64,000 bases of DNA from Massalongia carnosa. Its lineage: Eukaryota. Each line of letters starts with the position of its first letter. Position 1 is the first letter of the stretch. The translations under genes and the position numbers were made by a program. This document shows positions 26,348 to 36,868 of this stretch, piece by piece. Under the pieces are notes generated by a model. The model was not told the origin of the DNA and ran no database searches. It saw only the letters and a program-made list of their open reading frames with translations. The DNA is taken from positions 744,001 to 808,000 of the forward strand of contig OZ287068.1 in NCBI GenBank assembly GCA_965645245.1. Reading direction: 5' to 3'.

Positions 26348-27912
26348 GGCTAGAGAGGAAAGGAGGATAAAAGAAGGTTTATCGAGAAAAAGATAATTCG
26401 GGGAAATTGTTCCGACGCCAAAACAAGCGGGACTCGCCAAATGATTGTATGCAGCAGATACTTGGTATTATGAGAATAATGTATTGATTTTACAGAATTG
26501 ACCTATAAAGTGACCCTTTTCATTTCCACTTCTCTGCCCGGCTTACTTTTCAAATATTACTCTCAACCCCCTTTTGATTCCTTCCCTCCATCGTGTGGAT
26601 TCCCCTACCTCACCAGTCTCCCACAGTTTATCGAAACCATTACAACTACAAATCATCCTGACATCTACGGTCAACATCATCCATCCCATCCATCATCCAA
26701 AAGTCTCCCAGCCAGCAGCCATCCCTATCAAGCAGGATTTCCCCCACTCTCCTAGGGATCAACGCAAAAAACCAAGGGCGACCAGTTCATGGTGACTAGC
26801 ATACCTGTATTATCAGCCCCAGTTTCTTTACCGCCAAACGCTTTCTTAAAGCAGATCGCGCAGTTTATAATAGGACAGGTGAACCCTCCTAAACATTACA
26901 TTACCAGAAATCAAATACTACGTGGGCAACAAGGCCTAGCTAGAGCCTATGCAATCAGCACCGAATGGAGCAAATGACGAAATTAATTCCTATCCAAAAA
27001 CCCACGTCTCCAAAACGAAAGCTGCCCTGAGAAAAGCCCGCCTCCCGAGAAGCCCATACATGTCCGACAGAGGGAGGGAAAACTTGCTCCATATGATGTA
27101 CCAGACCAATTGTGTAAACGGGACAAACCTGCTCCCTCGATCAACACACACACTCTCTCTCACTCTCTCTGTCTTTTGCCCACTCTTCCTAAGATCTCCG
27201 GTGTACCCCCCCAAAACACCTTTTTCTTGAATTTCTTCTGCAGAGATCCCGAAATCAAGGAACTCGTAACGAAAAGAACAAGAAAAAAACCGGATCCAGC
27301 AATTTCCCCCATGTGCGTTGCGAGGGGAGTGTAAACCTTTTGGCTGCTTTTTACTCTTTTTTTTTGGAATCATACCGTTTATTCGGATTAGGGAGTATGC
27401 TCTCCACATTCACCAGGTTGAGCGCTCTTCGGGAATTCGGACTAGAGGAAAAAGGGGGGGTTTATACTAGTTAGTAGGCCTAGAACACCTTCAATGAATC
27501 GACATTGGTCTCTACCAATCTGTTCCCCGAGCGATTTTTGAGGGGCACAGGGGGGAGGGGGGTCGGCTGAGGAGGGGGGTTCCGGGAGATGTTGTGAATC
27601 AAGGAGGTCGTCGAACTAGGTAAGATTGTTAGGTTTTGAGAGCACGAGGTAAGACTTATTGATAATTCGTTTGGAACACGTTGAGGGCTGTGCCGAAGTC
27701 GGGTTATCGGAGTGTGGTAAAGAAGTTGATATAGTACACTAGGGGTTTTCAGAGTAGAATTTCGACTTTTATAAATAAACCATTATTTCTTATTCTATAA
27801 ACCATTATTCCCGTATTTGCCATTTGCTCTGAGTCCCCCTATCACCTTAAATTTCAAAAAGATTAATAAACTGCTTATCGCCTTATCTGATCATCATCAA
27901 AAATCAATCATC

Positions 27913-29169
27913 ATGAAATTCTCTAAAGCATCATCTTATCAAGCTTCTGAAATGCCTCGATACAGCAACAAGCTTCTTTTACAAAGAGATCTGTACCACC
28001 TTTTCTTAGCCAGTAGTACTCTTGCCACCTCTTCCAATGAGGCCGATGACGCTTTGGAATACCTCATTCTTTCTGAAGGATTAAAGGATCAGAGATATCT
28101 TTTTTCCAGATCTTCCATTCTCAAGTCCAATTGGGCCGTTCGAGTCCTTCCCACTCTTTCAGATGATCGATATCGAGGCTATTTACGAATGAGTCGTATC
28201 TCCGTTCAACGAATAGTTGATTTAATTCGATCCGATTCGGTCTTCCAAAACAATTCCAATATTCAACAGGCACCGGTCGAAAGTCAACTTCAATGTGCCT
28301 TATACAAGCTTGGTCATGATGGTAGCGGAAGCGGGTTTCTTTCAACTGCCACCTTTTGGGGAGTATCCGAGGGACACGTTTTCGATTGTACCAAGCGAGT
28401 GGTGGAGGCCTTATGTCGGTTGAGGAATAGCTTCATCAAATGGCCAACTGCAAGAGCTAGGACAAGAGAAAGCTTAGCCAATGATACTCGAGAATCAGGA
28501 TTTATCGGAGTAGTAGGAAAGGTGGATGGGACGGATATAGTGCTCGGTACCAAACCTGGAGGTCGTTATGACGGCGAATTATTCTTTAATCGAAAGAAAA
28601 GATACGCCCTGGATTTATGTGCCGTATGCGATTCCGACAAAAGATTCATTTACTTCCTCAGTGGTTGGCCAAACTCTCAGCACGATCAGAGAATCTTCGC
28701 GGCGGGAGATTTGAATAGAAATCCTCATCTTTACTTCTCGGAAGGGCAGTATCTTCTCGGCGACAGTGCCTACACCAATTCTCGCTATTTGGTGACTCCA
28801 TACAAGGCCCCTCATACCAGAGATGCGAATGTTCGAAAGTTCAATAGAAGACTGTCTCGAATTCGTATTGACATCGAGCACACCTTTGGAATTTTGAAAG
28901 GAAGATGGAAAAGTTTAACCGGGCTGAGACTTCGAATTAGAAACAAAAAAGGTTACATCTACGCCATTCGTTGGATTACTGCATGTGTAGTACTGCATAA
29001 CGTTTTGTTGGACATGCATGATGAATGGGAAGAAGAAGAAGGATGGTGGAGATCAGAAGAGGAGGCTCATGATGAAGAATTAAAACATTTGGCTACAAGG
29101 CAAATGATGGAGGGCATTTTGAAAAGGGAACAGGTAAAAGATCTAGTTCTCAATGATATTGGCAGATGA
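27913..29169 (+). CDS. Harbinger-type DDE transposase (DDE_Tnp_4/HARBI1-like), intact ORF
   Basis: GKVDGT, GWPNSQHD, LLGDSAY, FNRRLSRIRIDIEHTFGILKGRWKSL, ACVVLHN. Confidence 0.92.
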   Translation: MKFSKASSYQASEMPRYSNKLLLQRDLYHLFLASSTLATSSNEADDALEYLILSEGLKDQRYLFSRSSILKSNWAVRVLPTLSDDRYRGYLRMSRISVQRIVDLIRSDSVFQNNSNIQQAPVESQLQCALYKLGHDGSGSGFLSTATFWGVSEGHVFDCTKRVVEALCRLRNSFIKWPTARARTRESLANDTRESGFIGVVGKVDGTDIVLGTKPGGRYDGELFFNRKKRYALDLCAVCDSDKRFIYFLSGWPNSQHDQRIFAAGDLNRNPHLYFSEGQYLLGDSAYTNSRYLVTPYKAPHTRDANVRKFNRRLSRIRIDIEHTFGILKGRWKSLTGLRLRIRNKKGYIYAIRWITACVVLHNVLLDMHDEWEEEEGWWRSEEEAHDEELKHLATRQMMEGILKREQVKDLVLNDIGR

Positions 29170-29218
29170 CTATTAAGCAAGATGCATCTCATCTTTGAGA
29201 TATCAATGAAATAAAATC

Positions 29219-30188
29219 TTATCTCTGGGACGTCTTCTCCAGCTCGATTTGTAGTCGTCGCATGGTCTCCTCATGTTGCATTTTAGCCATGATAATGGAT
29301 TCTTCATGCTTCAAAATAATCTCCTGATGATGCTGATCTCGTTGCTTGATTTCTAGATCATTATTCCTTTGCAGTCTAGCCTGATCAATCTCGAAATCTT
29401 TAGATTTCATGAGTTGAACCTCAATCATTGCATCACCCACGGACTTGTTTTTAGATCTTTGCTTACTTAGCTTGGGACGAGACGTCTCGCTGTCGCTGTC
29501 CACATTCCAGGGACGTTTAGTGGATGATCCCATCTTCTTATTAAGGGTAGAAGGTTTTAAATGTTTAACCGTCTTCTTCTTCATCGGACCTTCTTTCAAC
29601 AAATCCGTTTCGGATTGATTATCTTCATCTGTAGTCTTATCCTTAAGATCAATCTCGAAGTTATCATCTTCTGAATCATCGTTCAGTTCTTTTCCGCCTG
29701 TCATCAATTCTGTAGTAACATCAGGCTGAGTGGACTCTATGAGAAATGGAGGGGTAATAGTAGGTAGATCCCCCATGATCTCTTCAAATTCATAGTACCA
29801 TGCGCATTTCTTCAAGATAACCTCCTTGATTGTCTCCCCGCGAGTGTTGTCGGCGACAACATCATGATTGGTAGGATCCACTCCCCATCCAGTTGTATCG
29901 GCCAGACTCCGCGTCTCTTTGAAAGTCTTTATCATCTGACCGATTTTGTCCCTCGTCTTTTCCTTTGAGATGTCCGGTCGTTGCAGTCCCAATCCACTTT
30001 CTTCCAACAAACGTCTGGATGCCTCCACTTTATTACTTCTTTTGATAGGTGTTTAGATGAGTAAGGACTCCATCGCCATCTCGAAAGCAAAGCCATTGAA
30101 CAATCTGCTGAATGTCTTCATCTTTCCATCTGATGTTGGGAGCCTGGCGAGTTCGAACGATACGAGTAGGAGGGGGTGTGGACGTCAT
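29219..30188 (-). pseudogene. Harbinger ORF2 (Myb/SANT-like DNA-binding accessory protein) with a 1-bp frameshift near 30041
   Basis: ATG 30188 gives MTSTPPP..IRWKDEDIQQIVQWL, then TAA TAA; the +1 frame continues VEASRRLLE..TGWG..KKCAWYYEFEEIMGD to a C-terminal coiled coil. Confidence 0.78.
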
Positions 30189-30245
30189 CTTTATTTTAGA
30201 ACTGTTGGGGCTGATTCTGAGAATTTCTATTAACTAGATTTTGAG

Positions 30246-30399
30246 CCCTGACAAGAACACCCTGACAAGAACACCCTGACAAGAACACCCTGACAAGAAC
30301 ACCCTGACAAGAACACCCTGACAAGAACACCCTGACAAGAACACCCTGACAAGGACACCCTGACAAGAACACCCTGACAAGAACACCCTGACAAGAACA
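30246..30399. repeat. Tandem array, 11 x 14 bp CCCTGACAAGAACA, inside the Harbinger element
   Basis: Counted directly; one variant unit (AAGGACA). Confidence 0.95.
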
Positions 30400-32472
30400 G
30401 TGGTCAGCTATGAAAGAAGACGAGGTAGTAGTATTCTTACCTTAACTGTACGATTCGTTGATGCCGTTGATCATTTACCTTATAATTCTGATGAATGAGG
30501 TTAGTGGATTGAAGGATTTATGAGATACGGGTTTATGAGATAATGGTTTATCGGTCGATTTTGACCGATAAACCATTATTCCCGTGTTCCCGTATTTATA
30601 AAAAAAAGGGATAGAGTTAAACCTATATAGGTTTAGTCTGCTTACTAATATTTACGGGAAAACGGGAATAATGGTTTATAGACTCGAAAATTTCTACTCT
30701 GAAAACCCCTACTATAGTCATTCATTTTACTTATACAAGACATGTCTTCGTCCGGTTTGGTTCGGTTCAGATCTGCTTGCTACCATAGGTAGAATCCACC
30801 CTTTATGAATGCCCGATTAGCGTTATAAAGAAAACAAGAAGCCAGCCAGGACAGCCTCTTCGCGTTCTCACCGTCTTCCCCAAGCCACCTCGCACAGCAT
30901 GCTCGCTCCGTTTCCTGCTCCTCTCGCCCGCCATCTGCACGATCCACGCAAGATCACCCTTAGCAGCCCTTGGCTTTCAGTGCTTCAAGCCCAAGCCCAG
31001 TTTCCGGTCCCGCGCTTCCGATCCCGAGGCTCCCGACCCCAAAGGCCGTAGCTCCATCGGTTGAGTCCCATGTGCTTGCAACATCCTTGGCCCCACCGTC
31101 GTTGGGGAGAGCAAAAATCCCGTTAAGCCAGTCGGCGTCGTCGCCTACCACGCTTCTTTTCTCCTCTTCCGTTGACGTTCCAACTGGACAGACAACGGGC
31201 TTGTCCCTATTTGATGGGGATTGCTCACCCTTGCGGTCTTCGGGCTGTCGGTTCTGGTTCACGGGGATCTCGACGGGGGGCTCGCACGCTGCTGCGTTAC
31301 CCTCATCATTCTATGTATTTATAGCTCGGAGTAAGCGTAAGCGCTTTTGGGTTGTTTTGCTGATCGTTGAAGGTAACGGATGCAATGAGAATCGAAAGAT
31401 GAATGACGTGGGAGTAGGGATTGCCCCCTCCCCAAAAAGGCCAGGGAGTATTTTGGGGGCCCAAGGGGAACGCAAAACCAAAACTCAAGAGTGTTGAAAA
31501 GGGTTCTGTTTACATCATAAAGGGAACAGCAGACTTCGTCGCTCGGATAGGGACATGATCCGTGAACTTTTCAGGTGAAGAAAATTCGGGTCAGCAATTA
31601 TTATAATCCACATTGGAAGCTTAGGAGAAGAGGGTGTCTCACACTCGCTACACTTGATGTAGTTGAAATTACGCCAAGTTCCACGTCTATAGAGGCAACA
31701 GAGGTGATAATGGTAAGCGGGCAGCGTGCACTTAGTTTGTGCGGCGAAGCTCCATTTCAGAAGCATGAAGCTCGTGAGGCAGGGTAAGCTGAATGTCGAG
31801 AAGCGCATGCTTTCTGGCTTTGTTGGGACGAGCCACTCGAAACGAAACGAAAATTTTTTGCTCGAGCTTCCGACGAAAATGCCTATTTATGCAGACAGGC
31901 ATGAGGAATCTCATTCTCCCTCCCTTCATCGGAACTGTTTTGTCGAGCATGGCTGTTTCAGCCATTACTGAACGGCCTGCCTGCCCCAGCCCTATCAACG
32001 CTCACTTTCTCGTCTTCTTTCCGAGCTGAAGCTTGGTTAATTAACTTAGGCCCGTCCACGCGACCGACCACATCCATCCGAAAGAGAGAGAGAGAGAGAG
32101 AGGACATGGACCGGTGGCGCTGACTGCCTTTCTTCTAAATTAGCCTCCGACTTATGACAACGTGGATGCGAGACGAGAGCACACGGGGCCTTCCTTTAAA
32201 GGTTCAATTGCCAATCCGTGTGAATCGGTTACGTAAACTTTATGTGTACGGACGCGTTGGGCTGTTTCAAAATGTTCGTAGGGGAAGCAATGTCCACAGC
32301 AGAGGACAGAGTACTCCGAAGAAAGAAACGAAAAGGCATCCAGTTATGTCGTAACGGGTCCGCATTTGCGCTGTTCTTGATATAATGCCAAAGTTCCTAG
32401 AGGTACTTAAAATACCAGATATTATATTAATATGCCCGTCGCTTAATAAACAGAGCGTTAAGCCCCTTCTTC

Positions 32473-33854
32473 CTACAACGGATACTCCCGCTCTTTCTCG
32501 TCCTCCCCAATCTCGCCACTCTCTAGCTGTCTCCGATGCGCCTGGTCCAAAAATCCCAACAGCACCTCCCCATACCTTGCACGCCCCTTGTACCTTGCTG
32601 TCTCCTCTCCCCAGCTCCGCACCGCGCTCGCCAGCCTCCCTGGCACCCCCTTCTCCCTCGCCACCTTCGTGATGGGCTCGAAGTATGTGCGGATCGTAAA
32701 CACAATGCCTCCGCTCCTGGGCAGGCGGCGCAACGTCTGCCGCTCGGACCGGAAGTGGTGCGCATCGAGCACCTGGCTGGTCTGCGCGCGCGCCCAGCCG
32801 GCGTCCTGCGTGGTGCTAGTGCCAATTTCGTCTTCGGGGCCAAGGCTAGAGCTCCAGGCAAGGTTGTCATCGACTTGGATGAAGTAGTTGTGACGCACGA
32901 CCGGATTCTGCGGCTGCACGCGACGGAAGAAGTTCTCCATGCCGCGCTGTAATTTTTGCTCGTAAGACGGGACGTGGCCGGACGTGTGGATTTCTGACAG
33001 GGCCATCCCGAATTTATCGGAGAGCCGCCAGAATCCCGCGAGGAGGATGCTACCAGCGAGAAGGTAGTAATTGCCGTCGGCGCGCTCAAACATAATAGCT
33101 ATGTCGTCTTGGATCAGGCGCGCGGCGATGGCCATAGGGTCTTCAGCGAGGGGGGGTATAAGGGAGAAGTTTTCATTGGTATGGAGATTATGGATGCCGG
33201 TAGCAGTTTTGCGGTACAGGCTAGGGTAGCGTTGGGGAAGATAGGAGAATCTATTGACTTGAGTTAGGGGCAATGGGTAAGGGTTGGCATTCGAAGAGTT
33301 TTAAGGTAATTTGAGGAAATAAATGAAACTAACAGCTCTTCTAAAAGCTCGACAGCGCCATCGTAGGCTTCTGGAGCTGTACGGCAGCATTGAACACCAC
33401 GCTCCTGGATACGTTGTACTTTGATAGCATGCCATTCTAGGAACTGGTTATCAAGCTCAATCCATTCGTCCCATTTCATGGTTCGCAGCCCCATCGTGAT
33501 ATAGTGCGGTCCGTATTTGAAAGGCCGATAAGGGATCGGAGCGGTTTTGTGAAAATCCCAGTTGGGATACGGTGCTGCTGCTGGCCGTTGAAAATCTATC
33601 GGCTGCCATACTCCTGGAGGTCGCACAGGGTGTTTAATTGAGGCTCCTGTGTCCCTTGCGATTGGCTTTGCGAAGCCAAGCGATATGGCAACTTGGGTCG
33701 CTGGCTTCAAACGTTTAAACGCTGCCGCAGTGACCAGCCAGGTTACGCTTAAGAGCAGCACCAAGCTGTACAGGCTGCTTCGTGAAAGAGCGAAATCTGA
33801 CACTGTTCTAGTGTCGGTGTCCATCAGCGAAAAATTTAAATGAGACGCAGCCAT
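32473..33854 (-). CDS. DUF3445 family protein (heme-dependent oxidative N-demethylase alpha-like), one intron
   Basis: PIPYRPFKYG..ITMGLR..WIELD, LIQDDIAIM, GFWRLSDKFG..EIH, RHNYFIQVDD, RSERQTLRRLPRSGGIVFTIRTY. Confidence 0.85.
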
Positions 33855-34321
33855 TATCTCAACATGAGATATCCTCTCAAAATTGATGAGAAAGTGCGGG
33901 GGTGGCTTCCGATAAGCTCTACTTAGATAGGATATGCATTTCATGACGTTCTCGACTCGGACTTGCATGACGTTGTGCATATCACTGAACTTACCAGGGA
34001 AGGTTCCCCTTAGATAAGCCGTCTCGTGTGTACTGTTACTCAGAAGGCTTTGAGAAAACAGAGGAATTCTGCAATTGAAGACTGACAGGAAGAAACGCAA
34101 CATGTCTATCCTTCGAGTGAGCGTATGCACTTCATACCAAAGGTGGTGAATGGTTGAACTCATACTCGTAGATTCGTACCTTATCTTGCAAACTTATCGA
34201 AGACAAGAGTACCTATACATAAGACGTACTAGGGGCCATCAGAACGCCTTTTCCCAAATCTATCGAGCGCAACCCAAAGCCAGGTTGAGCACGACCCATA
34301 GGCTATGAAAGCAGATAGCCG

Positions 34322-36202
34322 TTAACTCTTGCGTCGCCGCAGCAAGCAGTAGCGACCCCAATTTCTCTGGAACCGCGTCGGAATAGTCTTCCAATCTGGT
34401 ATCCACAAGATCCGGCTCAGTAAGCTGGTTTGTGATGAGTCGAGGAAATCGCTGCATTTAATGTGCTCCCAATTCTCGGTATCTAGCACATAGTTAGGTT
34501 CAAGGGACGATGCCTGGGTTCCCGAAAAGTACGAGTCGATAAGAAATGTGCAGTGATCAATGTCGATCTGTTGATTGTTAGCGGAGAAAAGCGGCGAGTT
34601 CCATGTTTGCCATGTACATACATGTTTTCCAGAGTCTTCAATGTTTTGATCATTCATCCCTGGTGGGTCAATCCACGTTCCGGGAAAGAGACCGAAGCCA
34701 ACCTTGGCCTCGTTGAATTCTCCAGGAAGCAAGCCATCAAAGGCGCTCTTAACAAATTTGGCTCTCATGCCACCTGGTAGGAAGTAGGAAGATGGAAATC
34801 GATACCACTCCTTGCTCAAACAGACAGTTTCTTCTAATTTGATGTACTCGGGTCGTCGTAATGAGGCATAAATTTGAAGAGGCGCTCGATACGCGGTTAC
34901 GAGACCAACTGTCCTGAGGGTCCCTATGCTGATGGCAGAGATGACGAACATACTTACAACGGCCAGCTTGATTTTCGCAGGGACCTTGCCCACGATCTTA
35001 CTTGGATCTGCCGACCCGATGTAGGAAAGCATATTGTGCAATGCAATCGCCGCATTAAGGCAGAGGAAAGGATACATAGGATACATAAACCTTTCTTCCT
35101 TATGTGGCTGAGCGGAGAAGATAGTGAGCCACAAGTAGAAAGGGCTGATGAATACCAAGCTCCTAATCGAGGTTTGTTTAACTGCTGTTCGCCCACGAAA
35201 TAGGAATTCCAGAATAAGAAGAGGCCCGGCGAGGAGGGCTAGAATAAACCAAAGATTGAAGTTGAGGAGAAGATTACGCAGATAAAAATCCCATGGCTCA
35301 GTTCCAAAGATGCTAGGTCCGCGGGAAGAGCCACTGAAAATGTTGTAAATCACAATACGCCAAGGCATGACCACAACCTTGTGATAGAAAAAAGTGTCTA
35401 TGCTGACTTGCAAAGCCTGGAAAGATTCAGCAAATGTACTTTGTCAAAAATAAGTTTTAAATATTTCACTAACCAATACAATCAGTGACCTCATGATTCC
35501 GTCCAGATAACGAAATGCAGCCTCGCTTCGATCTTTGGTCAAATATGCAAGAAACATATCTTCCATCATGTAAGGGACAATAAGAGCGGCTGAGAAAGGC
35601 CAGCCAACAATGCTCCCAATACCAAACCACATGATACCAGGGGCGGTTTTCAGTCCACCGCGCCAGTCCATGAAGGCTGCCGCGCCCAGCATTGCAGTGT
35701 ACATGGAAAAGCTTGAGGGTAGATAAGCCGCAGATGCATGGAACATGCCAGGACTGAACAACATTGCGATCATGAACAAGATACCCACTCTAGGGTTTAA
35801 GGTCCTGGAGATAGCAGCGAAGAGGCGAGTTTCACTTGCCGCGCAAGCTATTGCAAGTGTCGTACGGATAACATAGAATTCGAAAGATTTGTTGGAAGTT
35901 AGAAGAGATCCAAGTTTGCCGATGAGAGCATGAATGACAATATACAACCAGGTCCGTATGGAAAATTCCGGGGCATATTCCCAAGTCTGTAATCCGTAGC
36001 GATGGTTAAGATAGTGCGTGGGTTCCCAGTAATTAAACACCTCATCGCAATCTTGGATAGGGGCGTAGAGTGCAGCGATTAAATTTATGGCTGCAAATAT
36101 AGTGAAAATAATATTTGAAGGTACTATAAACTGGCCTCTTTGCTGAGATTTAGTCTTTTGATATGCCTGCTTAGTTGCGGGCTGCTCGGATGTTAAACCC
36201 AT
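34322..36202 (-). CDS. ALG9: Alpha-1,2-mannosyltransferase Alg9 (GT22), spliced
   Basis: IQDCDEVFNYWEP, QTWEYAP, AYLPSSF, GTEPWDFY, QPHKEERFMYP, KEWYRFPSS, GMNDQN. Confidence 0.95.
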
Positions 36203-36739
36203 ACCGCTTCTTGTGTTTTATGGCAGTCTGCCAGATAAATAGAGTAATGATGTATCAGTTAAAACCATCAAAACCGAAGCTAAGTAGGTGTCTTGAGAGC
36301 TGTAAAACGTTGAACGTTAACGTTGCAAGGGATAGAAAGAATAGGGGTCCAAGTGTAGACTTCGATCGGGATCCGGCCCGACTCGACCCTGACGGAAACT
36401 AATCAACCCTAAAGGCCGGTGGGGGCCCGTACGAAAATCGAAAACTCTAAATCCCTAAAAACCTTAATTCCAAGTGGGCATCTCCTTGAAACATATAATC
36501 CTTCCTCGTAATGTAATAATGATTAGCTGTAATACACCATCTTTCGAGAGTTAGGACTAAAGGTAAGGGGGTGGGAGATTTTCCAGAAGGGAAGATTTGG
36601 GAAGTGAACATACTTCGAAGCGGTTTTAGAGGAACTAGGCATAAACGGGTTAAGCAACGGGGTTTGCAACGCTAGTCTTAAATTCTCAGAAAGAGTATCT
36701 ACGTCTCGCTTATCCCTTGTTCCTTCCATGTGGTATCAA

Positions 36740-36856
36740 TACCTCTCTGGGCGACTCCGCCATTCTAATACTGTTCAGACGGGAAAAAATTCCTACCTCT
36801 CTGGGCGACTCCGCCATTCTGATACTGTTCAGACGGGAAAAAATTCCTACCTCTCT
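36740..36856. repeat. 54-bp tandem duplication (two copies plus a short partial third) just past the NAF1 stop
   Basis: Units start at 36740, 36794 and 36848; one mismatch between the full copies. Confidence 0.9.
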
Positions 36857-36868
36857 TCAAAACCGGAT

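Larger units (their letters stand above)
27741..30710 (+). mobile_element. Complete PIF/Harbinger-group (PHIS, possibly Pangu-type) DNA transposon, 2970 bp
   Basis: Perfect 19-bp TIRs AGGGGTTTTCAGAGTAGAA (27741-27759 / 30692-30710); ACT at 27738-27740 and 30711-30713; subterminal ATAAACCATTATTCCCGT repeats; two convergent ORFs. Confidence 0.92.

Noticed and set aside
30246..30399. CRISPR-like array (also considered for 42651-42810, 53121-53338 and 61610-62370)
   Set aside because: Head-to-tail repeats without unique spacers, no cas genes, eukaryotic context
30720..32050. Possible degenerate minus-strand gene interrupted by the Harbinger element
   Set aside because: Only short low-complexity ORFs, no recognisable domain or consistent splice model
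32473..36202. ALG9-DUF3445 fusion gene
   Set aside because: ALG9 has its own stop at 34322 and DUF3445 its own ATG; they are adjacent co-oriented genes
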